Shown here: positions 1 through 13,573 of the stretch, one piece after another
Numbering within the stretch: position 1 is the stretch's first letter
Layout of the letters: the number at the start of each line of letters is the position of its first letter
Assembly: GCA_964016885.1 (NCBI GenBank)
Contig: OZ024741.1
Coordinates: 383,346,001-383,410,000 of the forward strand
Source of the DNA: Eledone cirrhosa
Lineage: Eukaryota
DNA: 64,000 nt
Reading direction: 5' to 3'
Made by a program: the position numbers and the translations under genes
The notes under the pieces: model-generated
Told to the model about the DNA's origin: nothing
The model's input: only the letters and a program-made list of their open reading frames with translations
Databases searched by the model: none

Positions 1-594
1 GAGCCCAATAACAATAGCAAGGAATGGAATTCTACTTATTTTACGTTAAATAAGGTAAGCCAGTAAGAATAAGTGAATAATATTAATACAACTAGAGTGG
101 AAGATAAAAAGCGATGTTACAAAGAAAATGTCATTGAATACTGGAAAAATAGTAGTGCACTTTGGTCAAAACAAGGCCGCTGAGTGATAAGAAAGCTGGA
201 ATGACAGTTATTGAAGTTTGTTTCAGTACAAAGTATGAAGTAGAGAAATACATAAAAGAGACACACACGCACACATACACACGCACATACACACACACAT
301 ACACACGTACACACATTTACATTCATACACGCGTGCACACACACATATATATATAAATATATGGAGGCGGGAACATTTCTATGGTTTTTACCATCAAAAT
401 AAAGGCCGTATATTATATCTTTTTCATGAAAGGAGCATTGCCTGGAAGGGATATGCATCAGCGTTTGTTTAGTTTACTTAAGTTGCAAAAAGGTTTCATG
501 TAGCATTTACATCAAAGTTATTCAGAATGATCATAATGAAACTTACATATACAATCACGTACATTCACACACATATAATCACACATGGTCCTGG

Positions 595-704
595 AAACAT
601 ACACACACAAATACACGCATGCATACACAATATTGCAGGCATAAACACACAGGCATATATGTACAAATACTAAGAGAAACAGAAAGAAATCACTCAGATA
701 AGTA

Positions 705-750
<46 letters not shown>

Positions 751-786
751 GTTACTTATCTCAATGATTATATATGTTACTTATCT

Positions 787-830
<44 letters not shown>

Positions 831-939
831 ACTTATCTCAGTGATTTCTTTCTGTTTCTCTTAGTATTTGTACATATATGCCTGTGTGTTTATGACTGCA
901 ATATTGTGTATGCATGCGTGTATTTGTGTGTGTATGTTT
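595..939. repeat. Fold-back inverted repeat (~115-bp arms) centred on (TA)n
   Basis: 595-710 (aaacatacacacacaaatacacgc...cactcagataagtagc) is the reverse complement of 826-939 with a few mismatches. Extra partial copies gttacttatc occur at 751 and 776. Confidence 0.85.
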
Positions 940-946
940 ATATACA

Positions 947-1900
947 TACAAGGTGGTTTCAATAAGTTCCCAGACTAGTTTTGTTTGAAAAGGATAATAT
1001 ATTTACCTAAGATTTAACATTATCTTTTTCGAAATAGTCACCTTGTGCAGCAGCAATATCCTGATCCCAGTGTTCCTGCCACTATTGGAATTCGGCCTGG
1101 AAGTTGTTTTTCGTATGCGAGTCGAGCAGATTCTTGGATTCACTCTAGATTCACTCTACCGATCTTGGCAGTATCGGTAGAGTGACAGATAATATGCTTT
1201 GCAGCAAAGAGTTATAGCCCTTTATATTCTGAGTTGAAATCCCACCGAGGTTAGCTTTGCCTTACGACGTCTATAAAATATAGCACCAGTAATACACTGA
1301 TGTAATTGCTGGCCTTGTGTCAAATATATAAACATATCTTTTTGGGGGCTGTATTTTCAGCTTGGAGAAGAGATGGAAGTCTGCAGGTGCCAAATCTGGC
1401 GAATAGGATGAGTGCAAAAGTGATACAATGTTTTTTGGGCGAAGAAATTCACGAGTAACAAGAGCTCATTGACAGAGTTTATTGTCGTCGTGAAGAATCC
1501 AATTCATCACATTCCACAGATGTGGTCACTTTCACCGAATGTTCTCCCTAAACCGCCTCAAAATGATTGACGGTCTTGATCTGGGGCCGAATTCCTGAGG
1601 CATAATATCGCGGATGTCGTACCGATGAGCATGCTCTTGATTGAATTGCGGCTTTTAGAAGCACCTTTGCTGCTTGAAACATTGCTTAAGACCCATTGCC
1701 TCATCGCTTGCCGGATCATGCTCAATGTTTCTGTAGCAGATTTCACATGTTGAACGCAAAATTTCACGTTAGCTCTTTGTCCCATCTTCCTGTTCATGAC
1801 AAAATCGCAGGCTACAGTATATGCGTGATAAAAAAACCTCACAAATTTTACCACTTGAGAATTAAACATAGCGATGTTACTGGGCAGACTTGCGCATGAA
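947..1900 (-). mobile_element. Degenerate mariner (Tc1/mariner) transposon, internally deleted
   Basis: Minus strand gives N-terminal GQRANVKFC..KSATETLSMI (ORF 1558-1869), SYSPDLAPADFHLFSKL at ~1359-1412 and C-terminal QGDYFE at ~1030-1045. A mariner-like TIR tacaaggtggtttcaataagttccc starts at 947. The second TIR was not identified. Confidence 0.85.
1163..1335 (+). mobile_element. tRNA-derived SINE (Meta-domain-like family) inserted in the mariner
   Basis: tggcagtatcggtagag...ctgagttgaaatcccaccgaggttagctttgcc...accagtaatacactg...gctggccttgtg; homologous to the copies at 36.1-36.4, 39.3, 47.4-47.8 and 57.1 kb. Confidence 0.8.
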
Positions 1901-2049
1901 ACTCACTGCTAACACTCACAGCTCGCACAACCGTGTGATAACATGTGTTGATGGAATACACATCTTCGAATCCAATGCTTGGATATTTACCTCAACAGAT
2001 TGACAGTTATATAGAAGCTCATTGAATTTGCTAATCTCTACTTTATGTC

Positions 2050-2267
2050 TCGACCCGAATGTTCATCAGGCCGGTGCTTATCCCGTTTTTCGTGGCGTTA
2101 ATTGTCAGTCCATAGCAGGGTTAAATCCCTAGCTATTAGTGGTATTCATTTTCTGCTGATTATAATGAAGCAACATGGAATTGAATGTTTTGCTCAAGAA
2201 CACAACACACAATTCAGTCCAGGAATCGAACCCACGACATCATGATCGTAACTCCACGCACCTCCAT
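2050..2267 (-). mobile_element. tRNA-derived CORE-like SINE with 15-bp flanking direct repeat
   Basis: Homologous to 43732-44018 (gtgttcttgagcaaaaca; gataagcaccggcctgatga). tctctactttatgtc occurs at both 2035-2049 and 2268-2282. Confidence 0.75.
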
Positions 2268-3096
2268 TCTCTACTTTATGTCATTTCACACATATATTCC
2301 GCCGCTTTCAATATTCAATTTTCTTTTCTGATTGTACACATTTTACATAGGGTATAATATTGTTGAGACGGCATTAGTTCCTTATATTTTCATTTCGTTT
2401 GCCTTACACTTGATAGTAAATCATGAATCTTAAATTGCCTTTTCCTTGGGGTCATTGATTGCACTGAAACCTACACTAAACTACTACTTAATCTGCAGCA
2501 ACTGGAAGGAAGAAACACAATTTTTATCTCGACGAGATTCAAATTAAGAACGTAAAGTAACACAATATAATACCGCAAGGTAATTTTTCTACACTACCGA
2601 TTTTGCCAATTTGCCAATCAGGCTACCTGTCAAAAACAATTAATAAACAAGCATATATCTCTCAGTAAAGCAAATGTTAATTAAAAATAATTCAACATTA
2701 TAACAAAGCTTTCAAGACAACTCTTATTCCTAATGTACATCATTGAATCTGCTGAAGTATTCCCTGTCAATTCCCAGTTTTCTTATGAATTAAAAAAAAT
2801 ATTCTTTTCATCTGTGTTTTGAGGTGTAAAAATCCGAAAGAAGTAAACAGTGAAATCATTGAAATAGAAAATAAAAAGTTCAATATAAAAATAAACTCTT
2901 GTGAAATTACAAATTTGAACGGATATGTTGCCAATTCATTTCAAGTCACGTCTGAAGCAGAACAACACTGAAATGTTCTCTAAGTATAATAGAAATAGTC
3001 TCTTTCCTTCTATCTCACTCTCATTCTCGCTATTTTTTCTCATAATTGCCTTGCTTTATATATCTATCTATCTAGGGCGGGTAAAATTTCCGAGAT

Positions 3097-3176
<80 letters not shown>

Positions 3177-3178
<2 letters not shown>

Positions 3179-3359
3179 AAGTAGTGACCGTACTCGCAAA
3201 CGAGTTAGCAGCCACCATGTATGTGTATGTATGTCTCATGGTCGGGTCGTTGGCGACTAAACTGGCAACCCCACCGAGGTTTCTTGGTGAGGAGGGTGAC
3301 TTTGGACATCCTGCAGGACTAAAAACAGAACCTGTCAAAGAGCAAAGGAGCTCTTAAGA
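3177..3359 (+). mobile_element. Probable RTE-type LINE fragments (3' tail, (TATG)n, unrelated piece) abutting the truncated LTR
   Basis: gtactcgcaaacgagttagcagccaccatgtatg resembles the RTE 3' end at 18984-19012 (atactctcagcagagtttgcagccatcatata). Confidence 0.4.
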
Positions 3360-3614
3360 GGCAATGGCTTAATTCTTACATTCAAGAAGAGATATGAAAA
3401 TCTCTTGGTCAAAAACAGGTGTTTTTACAAAGTACGTCCAAGTGGCAGGACAAAGGCGACTGGAATTGAAAACCAAATCTCTTGAGTTTTGCATTGGCGT
3501 CTCTTCTTTTAGAGAACGCCGAGATAAGGGAAGTAATTCGCTATGTTTTTGTGTTACCCACAGGTGGCGACACTGCATTGCTATACTCAACACACTGTGG
3601 CCATAGTTATTACA
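3360..3614 (-). repeat. 3' LTR (partial)
   Basis: Begins TGTA on minus at 3614, preceded by purine-rich ggtcggaggtgat. Matches the 5' LTR only down to 3360. Confidence 0.9.
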
Positions 3615-3869
3615 ATCACCTCCGACCAGATTTTTAATAAAAATCGTAAAACAAACGATCGCATGGAGGAACTAGAAGTTGTAAATTGGTGCAAGAAAAA
3701 TTCCTGTAGTATAATAACAATGAAGCCAAAGCCTTACAAGGTACTCTTTACAAGTTGTTGAAACCGATTTCAAAACGAACAATATAGAGGTGAAATAGGT
3801 TAATGCATGCAAGCATTACACAAAAAAAATATACAACAAATGCAATAATTATACACATGCAGCAATAAA

Positions 3870-4050
3870 TGCAAAATGCATTAAAAATACCATTCGCAGT
3901 AAGGGTCCCAAATGCGATAAAAAAAACGATAGGCATTGAAAATGCCATAGGCAGTAAGGTTACAAAATGCAATGAAAAATTATAATATACCTTAAAAATA
4001 CCAAAGGCAGTCAGGGTACAAAATGCAACAACAAATTCAATATACAGTAA
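3870..4050. repeat. ~59-bp diverged tandem repeat (about 3 units) in the Gypsy 3' UTR
   Basis: aaaatacca...gcagtaagg(g/t)t.caaa(a)tgc recurs at ~3884, ~3939 and ~3995. Confidence 0.65.
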
Positions 4051-4103
4051 AAACAACTGCAAGAAAAAAGAATACAATTCAGAAGTTTATAGTACTGCAT
4101 AGC

Positions 4104-7100
4104 TTACGGGGCCAATGCACCCTTCGACCTGAACGGGTCGTATTTCCGTATGTTGGTGATGGGGGGGGGGGGGGACGAAGAAACAAGTGTATGTGGCGAA
4201 GAAAAAGAAGGGGGCATTTGTAGTTCAAGTGTCACTGTGTCAGTGTCCAGATTGGCTCGTTTGAGGCGATCAACGGAAATAGTTTCCCTGGACCCCCTAA
4301 TGTCCACTGTGAAATGTTTCTCTGTACGAGCAAGCACACGATTGGGTCCAGAGTACGGCCGTGTGAGAGGGGGTCTCACAGCGTCGTCTCTAACGAACAC
4401 ATGTGTCCACAAGGCAATATCCCTTGGGACGGCAGTTTTTACAGTTTGCTTCCTAGTGTCCATCCGTGGTAAATCCTGGAAGTCAGAATGAAGCCGGGAC
4501 ACGTAGGAAGTGGGATCCTGCGAAGCAAGATCAACAGGAACAAGCATTTCCCCCGGTAACGCAAGAGGAGTACCATAAATCAATTCTGCCGGGGAGAACC
4601 CAAGGTCCACCTTTATTGTCGACCGAATACCTAACAACACAATAGGTAGGTACTCACTCCAACATGAAGAGTCCATTGAAGCCCTTAAAGAGGCTTTAAG
4701 CTGTCTGTGAAATCTTTCCACCATTCCGTTTGATGCTGCATGATATGCCGTGGTTCTTATGCGAGTAGCGCCAATAATTTGTGTTAATTCATGGAACAGG
4801 TTCGATTCAAATTGATGACCGCGGTCCGTTGTTATTGTGGTTGGTACTCCAAAACGAGCGATCCATGCAGATACGAGAGTACGCGCTGTCGTTTCAGCAG
4901 TGATATCTGTCATAGGGATGGCTTCAGGCCAACGCGAAAAACGGTCAACGATCGTCAAAATATACGAATAACCACGCCTAATCGGCCACGGGCCGACGAT
5001 GTCCACATGGATGTGACGAAATCTGGCATCAGGACAGGTGAAAGTTCCGAGAGGAGTTTTAACGTGCTTATGAACTTTTGACTTTTGGCAAGCGACACAA
5101 GCAGCAATGTCACGTCTCATATCAGGCCAGAAAAATCTGGCTGTTATGAGTTTTACCGAGGCTGTAGCTCCTGGGTGAGAAATGCCATGCAAAGCGAGAT
5201 ATACAGTTCGTCGATGACCAACTGGGACGAGAGGTCGTGGTGAGTCCAACGAGATATCACAAAGTATCTGTCCGTCAGCGGTTGATAAAGGAAGGTATTT
5301 CATATTGCAGTTAATGAACTCCGGCGATGTGCAATCCAATGATTCCAGCGAGGTTTGGTCAATGGCCATTTGACGCAAATCTATATCGTATGACGACGAG
5401 ATCGAAGCTATCGGGAGACGAGACAAGGCGTCTGCCGCAGTGTTCAAAGCACCCGGAATATGTTAAATATCATTGGTGTGTTGGGAAACAAAATCCAGAT
5501 GTCTAGTTTCCCTAGGCGAATATTTGTCAGATTTTAATCTTAAAGCGAAAATCAACGGTTTGTGATCTGTGAAAATAGTGAACGCTCTCCCGTCCAGAAC
5601 ATGGGAGAAATGTTTCACAGATAAATAAATTGCTAAAAGCTCACGCCCGAAAGTACTATAACGATTTTCGAAAAAAATTCCAGTGGTTGTTGTAAACGAT
5701 CGCACTTCTGTTGCAAGACTGCGCCCACGGCGGTATCCGACGCATCAACACAGAGCGATAGCTCGGCGTTGGGTACTGGGTGGGCGAGCAAAGACGCGCT
5801 CGCTAACGCCTTTTTCACTTTTTTAAAATCCTCAAGCTACGTTTTATTTAAGGAAATGTCCATATTCTTACGCCGGCAATTTTTAAAAATTTCTGTCAAC
5901 GAGAACAGCAAGTTGGAACAATTAGGTACGAATCGCCTATTCAAATTTACAAGGCCTAAGAATTGACGCAATTGTCGCAGTGAACTTGGCGGAGACAAAT
6001 CCGATACTGCCTTAAGCTTCTCAGGAAGAGGTCGAATACCATCGGTGTCAATCAGATGGCCTAAAAATGTTAATGAAGTCGAGCCGAAAACACACTTGGA
6101 AGCATTAATACGTACATTATATCTCTGTAAACGACGAAATACGAGATCCAGATGCTTTGAATGCTGCTCAGGAGAAGAACTAGCAATCAACACATCATCG
6201 ATATACGTGTACACAAAATCCAGGCCCCGAATAACATGATCCATAAATCGTTGGAAGGTACTAGCCGCATTTCATAGCCCGAAAGGCATAGTAAGGAACT
6301 TGAAAGATCCAAAAGGAGTGGCAATAGCAGTCTTCGGAATATCATCCTTTTTAACCGGAATCTGATTATAAGCACGAATCAAATCGAGCTTAGAAAATAT
6401 TGTGCAACCTTGTAATGAAGAAGCGAAATCCTGCAAATGCGGGATTGGATAACGGTTAGGCACAGTACTCGCGTTTAAGCGTCGGTAGTCACCCGTCGGT
6501 CTCCAATCACCAGAAGATTTAAGTACCATATGTAGAGGCGATGCCCAAGGACTTGTGGAACGCCGAATTATTCCTAATTCCAGCATGTGGTCGAATTCAG
6601 ACCGTGCAGCTTTCAACTTCGCTGCAGATAATCTTCGAGGACGTGAGAAAACAGGTGGTCCTGTAGTGGATATAAAGTGTTCAATCACATGATCCGGACT
6701 AGCAATTCGTAATCTTCCTTGCGTCAGCTGTGGGAATAATTTTAACAAACTGTGATACTGGTTGCCCACTTCGGCCAAGAAAAAAGCAGGGCTTACTGTG
6801 GCAATCTCCGGCTTTGTACCCTCGAACGATAGGCCTGTATTAGCATCAAAAAGTCGTTGTCTGCGGATGTCAATTGATAAGGAAAAATGGTGGAGAAAAT
6901 CCTCTCCCAAAATGGCGTATGGCAAGTCGGCGATAGTAAACTTCCACTTCAATTCACGACGCAAATGTTTTAACCGAAGAGGAAGCGAAATTTGCCCGTA
7001 CGTTCGAATGGCCGTGTGATTGACTGCTCATAAATTTATATTTGATTCAGATGGGGTGTTTTTTAGATAACTGACTGGCCAAATCCTCAGCGACGCGCCA

Positions 7101-7150
7101 GTATCGACAAGGAAAAATGTTTTCGACCGCAGGTCGTATACGAAAAGATG
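4104..7150 (-). pseudogene. pol: Gypsy pol (protease, RT, RNase H, integrase), frameshifted
   Basis: FLVDTGAS at ~7091-7114; SPWASPL, DYRRLN, YIDDVLI; VDASDTAVGAVL, ELLAIY, TDHKPL; integrase [21 protein letters not shown] and PYSGP (GPY/F-like). Confidence 0.95.
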
Positions 7151-7177
7151 GCGGTTCGGTCATTTTCTCAGAGTTCA

Positions 7178-8010
7178 CTAGCCGCCCCTTGTGGTTCTGC
7201 TTTGCATTTTTCGATCTCTTGTAATTACAGGGTGTGCCCTACTGCCGAAGTTAGCATGATACCAACAAAACGAAGAATTATTGTTGTCTGCGTTGTAGTG
7301 CTGGCGATGAATAGAAGACGGCGGCGAACGGTACTCGTAGCGGTTTCGAGGAATAGCAGACGGAGGTGAACGGTACCTCAAACGTTGAGAAGGCTCTCTA
7401 TGTTGTACGGTCAAATCCTCCACTTTTTGGGTGAGCGCTTCGATCATCTCCAACAGTTTGCTGTCGGCCACAGAAGAATTGCGTGGGGGAACAGAAGAAG
7501 AAGCTACACAAGGATTATGCCGACTGCTGTTATAGTCCACCTCTAATATTCTATCCGTGGATGCGGCAAGTTGATCTAACGATTCCCTCTCCAAATTATT
7601 TACCAAGACCATCTGCGCACTTGGTGGTAAACGAGAGAAAAATAGTTGTTTGAGGAATGGGGTTCCATCCCCTGGGAGTCGCTCAATTCCCGCAGATGTC
7701 GCAAATAGGAGCTTGGCGTCCTGTCACCCATTTGCGCATCATCTAACAATTCCCGAAAACGACTTTCCGCTGACTTGGTATTCCTCCGAATAATTTCCCC
7801 TTTCAACGAGCCATAAGTAACGTCCGCGGCTAAATTGGTTACCACATCCTTCACGGAATATGCCAACGACACAGGCAAGCCACTAACTAGTACCTTCAGT
7901 TTATGCTGTTCTTTGGTTTTGGTTAAATCAGAATAGCATTCAAGCTGCAAAAACCATAACTTGATGTCGCCTGCGAAGGACGGCAAATGATGTTGATTCA
8001 TGATGCCCAA
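7178..8010 (-). pseudogene. gag: Gypsy gag, split by a frameshift
   Basis: ORFs 7600-8010 (LPSF..DIKLWFLQLE; MGDRTPSSYLRHLREL) and 7178-7612 (LDQLAASTDRI; FCWYHANFGSRA). Confidence 0.85.
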
Positions 8011-8653
8011 ATATTTGATGAATTTTTAAGGCCAAATTATTTCTTCGAAGCAGCTATGCGACCAAAAAATGACACTGGAATCCAAAATCTTATTCACGCG
8101 AATTCAACTGAAATTCTTTTTGAAAATTCTCGCCGGCCAAAATAAAATGTGCATAATAAAAAAAAAAATTATTTTCCATGAAAATTATTTGGTAAGAAAA
8201 TCCCAAGATGGCCGATTGAAAAATGTGTTTGTGATGAAGAAGCCGTCATGTGGCACGATGCAGCCAATCAGATGGCTGAGATTGAAGAAGACAAGCTGTA
8301 CGCGGAAAAACAACATTTTTTAGTCTCCATTTTGTTATTTAACAGAAGGTTGAAAGCAAAATTTTATATCCAGAGAAATCCTTTTTTTTTTTTTTTTTTT
8401 TTTTAAAGAGAGAAGTTGATGCAAAAGGAAAAATATTGTTCATTCAAAGACAAGATACCAAACAACAACGGGCCTGAATTCCATATATATATGCGCAGCG
8501 TCGCACACTTTGTACATAAAATAAATATCATTGTTGATAAAACGCTGGATGAGTTGTGATACATTTTTTTGGTTTTTATCTAACTATGCTTGCAAGGCAG
8601 GTCAGAAGGAGATACAATTCAGCAATATAGAAGAATTTTAAAAGTTGTTCTAA

Positions 8654-8666
8654 GTCGGGGTCACCA
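8654..8666 (-). promoter_or_regulatory. Primer-binding site complementary to the tRNA-Trp 3' end
   Basis: Minus strand reads TGGTGACCCCGAC immediately inside the 5' LTR. Eukaryotic tRNA-Trp ends GTCGGGGTCACCA. Confidence 0.85.
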
Positions 8667-9094
8667 ATAAAGAAAAATGATATATCGTCCAGGTGTGTGA
8701 ACGACATCTCATCGCTCTAAGATTATTAATTAAAACAGAAGGGCTTTAACGATAACAAGGCTAATCTTTTATTAAATGATTCATTTATTAAAACATAACA
8801 TAATAATTACATTCATAGGATATACCCTGCAAGCTAAACGGCAATGGCTTAATTCTTACATTCAAGAAGAGATATGAAAATCTCTTGGTCAAAAACAGGC
8901 GTTTTTACAAAGTACGTCCAAGTGGCAGGACAATGGCGACTGGAATTGAAAACCAAATCTCTTGAGTTTTGCATTGGCGTCTCTTCTTTTAGAGAACGCC
9001 GAGATAAGGGAAGTAATTCGCTATTTGTTTGTGTTACCCACAGGTGGCGACACTGCGTTGCTATAGTCAACACACTGTCGCCATAGTTACTACA
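8667..9094 (-). repeat. 5' LTR (~428 bp)
   Basis: Runs from TGTA (9094) to the PBS. AATAAA signals on minus at ~8768-8789; imperfect hairpin tggcgaca...tgtcgcca at 9045-9083. Confidence 0.8.
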
Positions 9095-9451
9095 TATTAA
9101 TAATAATAATGTCCGTTTACAATTGTTTAGCTACTCCATATAATATTTCTGGATCAGATGACTATATATCATAATTGATCTGGTTCAGTTGAAAATAATT
9201 AACATATTTAAAAGACAGAGCGGCTCATCGGAACTTCAAATGAATATAAATTAAAATAATGAGAGAATGTTACATAATAAAATGTTCCATATGCTGCTTT
9301 TCACTATGGTGTCTTGGATGACCCGCTCTGTCTTTTAAATATGTTAATTATTTTCAACTGAACCAGATCAATTATGATATATAGTCATCTGATCCAGAAA
9401 TATTATATGGAGTAGCGAAACAATTGTAAACGGACATTATTATTATTAATA
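9094..9451. repeat. Inverted repeat (~128-bp arms, ~100-bp spacer) carrying a degenerate hammerhead; PLE pLTR-like
   Basis: 9094-9223 is the reverse complement of 9323-9451. Minus 9234-9115 reads gtt CCGATGA gc..(long stem II)..gc TAAAC AATT GTA aac; the right arm retains GAAACAATTGTA. Confidence 0.7.
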
Positions 9452-9584
9452 TTATTATTATTATTATTATTCTCTACATTCCTTACATCAAACTAAAATA
9501 TTTTGACAATCTTTTAATAATGTCTTCCTTGTGAAATTTATGGTCTTGTTTTGCTTAACTAATGAATATATATATATACATACA

Positions 9585-9672
9585 ATTTCCTATTACCCAC
9601 TCTACTACCATAATTATTTAGTACTCTGGTGCGTTATGGTCCACCTGGTTCCTTACCACACTTCCTTCGTTA
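9585..9672 (+). mobile_element. Short PLE pLTR-like fragment between (TA)n tracts
   Basis: gtactctggtgcgttatggtccacctgg is homologous to the reverse complement of 14285-14345 and 20742-20825. Confidence 0.6.
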
Positions 9673-11035
9673 TATATGCATATATATATATATATATGTG
9701 TGTGTGTATGTGTAAATATATATAGACATATACATATACGTACATATGTAAATGTACATATATGTATATATATTTATATACAAATATATGTGTGTGTGTG
9801 TGTGTGTAGTCTGGAACTTGCTGCAGAAACGGCAAGAGTTCAGCTGTTTGGGTCCAGACTCTTTATGATATATATATGTGTGTGTGTGTGTGTTTCAGTG
9901 TATGTGTTGTACTTTTTCAGTATTCTTTCTCCTCTTCATTTTTATCACCCAACCTCCTCTCTCCCTCCCTCATACTCCCACAATTCCTTCTCTAGATTAT
10001 TCGTCTTTATGTGATGATGGTGGTGGGTTGTTAGTTGAAGCCTATATGAAATGTTATCGAAGTAGAATATAAAGTTAAAAGTTATGGAGATCCCTACTTA
10101 GATAAAAAGCCATATTTTGTGCATGAATAATTGATTTGATATTCATGTGTGTTTACTATATAGGGAATTATTTAAACCGAAAACAGTTAAGCACCCAAAT
10201 TATACACCGTGAACAATAGGGCCCACTTTAGAATCTACAAAAGTGCTTACAGATAAAATGATATACATTGTGTGTCGCGTGCTTTTATGCGAAAATAATA
10301 AAATCCCACGGAAAGTGAATTATCAATTCGGCGTCCTTTAAACGGAGGAATGCTTAAATGGAAAGATTATTTCGTTTATGTGTATCAACGAGTATACCTC
10401 TATAGACAGTTCAATATCTTACCCATATTATTTGATATCTATTATAAGTAGAAACAATTATTTGATATCTATTATACTGAAAAAATATATTTCCAATGAA
10501 CTATTAAGTTCAGTTATTTTTGTCTATAATTGAAATTTACTGAAGGAGAAACTATATGCAATGATGAATAATCGTATTTCTAACACATAAATTCCATTTT
10601 TAGATTTTTTTTTAATTTTCAGCATTTGGAAATATTTTATGCAAGTGTTATGATTACTTGTAGGTATATAATATTTCACATTAAGATGTTAATGTTTTTT
10701 CTTTGACGATTATTTAAATGCAAATCGAATACAATATATGCAACATTCCTAAAATAAATTGAAAATAACATCCTAAAACGTTTCATCTTTAATTTTAGGA
10801 AAGTAAACTTGTCACCGTCGGGTTTATATTTATATATGCGTGTTTGTGAGAGGTTTTTAATCAGCTTCTCATAAATCGGAAATCCACTCATAATATATGA
10901 TTGGTATAAATCAAGATGCACACTTATCACTGATATATATCATCCATGTGTCTGGTATCATCCATCGCCAGTAACAAGATTTCAAATCCTCATCAAACAT
11001 ATATATATATACACACATAAATATATACACACAGA

Positions 11036-11166
<131 letters not shown>

Positions 11167-11520
11167 TGTTGAAATAAGTTGGGGCCATAGCTGGAACCCA
11201 AAACCTACGGTCGCCCCTACATATATGCTGTATATATACATATATATGACTATCCAGTGATATTTCCAACCGATAAGGTATGATTTTCATGGGTATGTCT
11301 ATATTTACAAAACAAACTTTGTATTTTATCTGCTGAAAGCGTACCAATGTTATCTTGGTTAGCCTTGAAATATATATAATAAAATAAATATGGTTTTATA
11401 AATATAGTTTCCATTTATTTAATATCATTGAATATTTACTCCAGTAAACTGTTGAGTGCTCTAAATCAGTTATAAACATTTATGTTTGTCGGACTTCCAA
11501 CAGATTAAATACCATTTCTA

Positions 11521-12181
<661 letters not shown>

Positions 12182-12422
12182 TAATATATTTAGAAACACA
12201 CAGATACATGCGGGGACACACATATATACATGAATGCATCCGCACCCAACTGTGAGTTAAGGGTGCCAACTTCACCGATGTTGCTCAATGAATGACTGGG
12301 ACAGACCAATTCAGTTGAACTAGACTGAACCAGTATCAGAGTTAAAAATACATTATGAAGAGAGAAGAAACATTTAGATATAATTAGTAATAAAATGTAT
12401 CATACCTAAACTGCTCCTATAT

Positions 12423-12512
12423 TCCTCGACTACGTAGTTTCGTGGCATAAACAAAAACAATATATCATAAAGATATAGAGTCCTTGCGAGGTCTGCCGAC
12501 TTATCAAGAGGA
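12423..12512 (-). ncRNA. Type I hammerhead ribozyme, U3-A8 variant (inverted copy)
   Basis: Reverse complement of 12820-12909. Confidence 0.75.
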
Positions 12513-12819
12513 TACCTCATTTTACTAGTCTCAAGAACGCGTCTACACGACGTGAGAAAGAACTCCCTCTGGTCGAGCAATCTCTGAAGTGTGGGGACAG
12601 CTGGAAAGCTTCCATTACTCATACTTCTCGCCTTCTTCACCACCTCTTCTGCGGCCTCGATATAAATACCCCCTCCGCCTCCGTGGTATTTTCTTCGGGG
12701 TTATAAGAGGCTTAGCTCTGTTTCTCGACCGTTATATCGCGTGACTATCTCCCCCTCCGCCTTTTGGGATTCTTTCTCACGTCGTGTAGACGCGTTCTTG
12801 AGACTAGTAAAATGAGGTA

Positions 12820-12909
12820 TCCTCTTGATAAGTCGGCAGACCTCGCAAGGACTCTATATCTTTATGATATATTGTTTTTGTTTATGCCACGAAACTACGT
12901 AGTCGAGGA
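12820..12909 (+). ncRNA. Type I hammerhead ribozyme, U3-A8 variant
   Basis: tcctc TTGATAA gt(c)ggca..~46 nt..tgccac GAAAC TACGTA GTC gagga: 5-bp stem I, G10.1-C11.1, palindromic stem III ACTACGTAGT, GUC site at 12902-12904. Confidence 0.8.
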
Positions 12910-13414
12910 ATTTAGGAGCAGTTTAGGTATGATACATTTTATTACTAATTATATCTAAATGTTTCTTCTCTCTTCATAATGTATTTTTAACTCTGATACT
13001 GGTTCAGTCTAGTTCAACTGAATTGGTCTGTCCCAGTCATTCATTGAGCAACATCGGTGAAGTTGGCACCCTTAACTCACAGTTGGGTGCGGATGCATTC
13101 ATGTATATATGTGTGTGTCCGCATGTATCTGTGTGTTTCTAAATATATTGTTAATAACTCCCTCTGGTCGAGCAATCTTTGAAGTGTGGGGACAGCTGGA
13201 AAGCTTCCATTACTCATACTTCTCGCCTTCTTCACCACCTCTTCTGCGGCCTCGATATAAATACCCCCTCCGCCTCCGTGGTATTTTCTTCGGGGTTATA
13301 AAAGGCTTAGCTCTGTTTCTCGACCGTTATATCGCGTGACTATCTCCCCCTCCGCCTTTTGGGATTCTTTCTCACGTCGTGTAGACGCGTTCTTGAGACT
13401 AGTAAAATGAGGTA

Positions 13415-13504
13415 TCCTCTTGATAAGTCGGCAGACCTCGCAAGGACTCTATATCTTTATGATATATTGTTTTTGTTTATGCCACGAAACTACGTAGTCG
13501 AGGA
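13415..13504 (+). ncRNA. Type I hammerhead ribozyme, U3-A8 variant (second tandem copy)
   Basis: Identical to 12820-12909, offset by 595 bp. Confidence 0.8.
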
Positions 13505-13573
13505 ATTTAGGAGCAGTTTAGGTATGATACATTTTATTACTAATTATATCTAAATGTTTCTTCTCTCTTCATA

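Larger units (their letters stand above)
3360..9094 (-). mobile_element. Ty3/Gypsy LTR retrotransposon, CsRn1/Kabuki/Boudicca-like lineage, degenerate
   Basis: Order gag-PR-RT-RH-IN; direct LTR homology 3360-3614 vs 8840-9094 (8 mismatches in 255 bp by eye); tRNA-Trp PBS; gag CWYH..FG motif; several frameshifts. Confidence 0.95.

Noticed and set aside
1-60. Possible exon end (open frame then AAG|gtaagc)
   Set aside because: Only 18 codons at the window edge, with no recognisable protein.
12374-13553. Repeated 64-89 aa ORFs (FFLTSCRRVLETSKMRYPLDK) in the 595-bp unit
   Set aside because: No recognisable motif; recurrence reflects recent duplication. The same applies to the LTR ORFs and the 40.6/41.5 kb ORFs.
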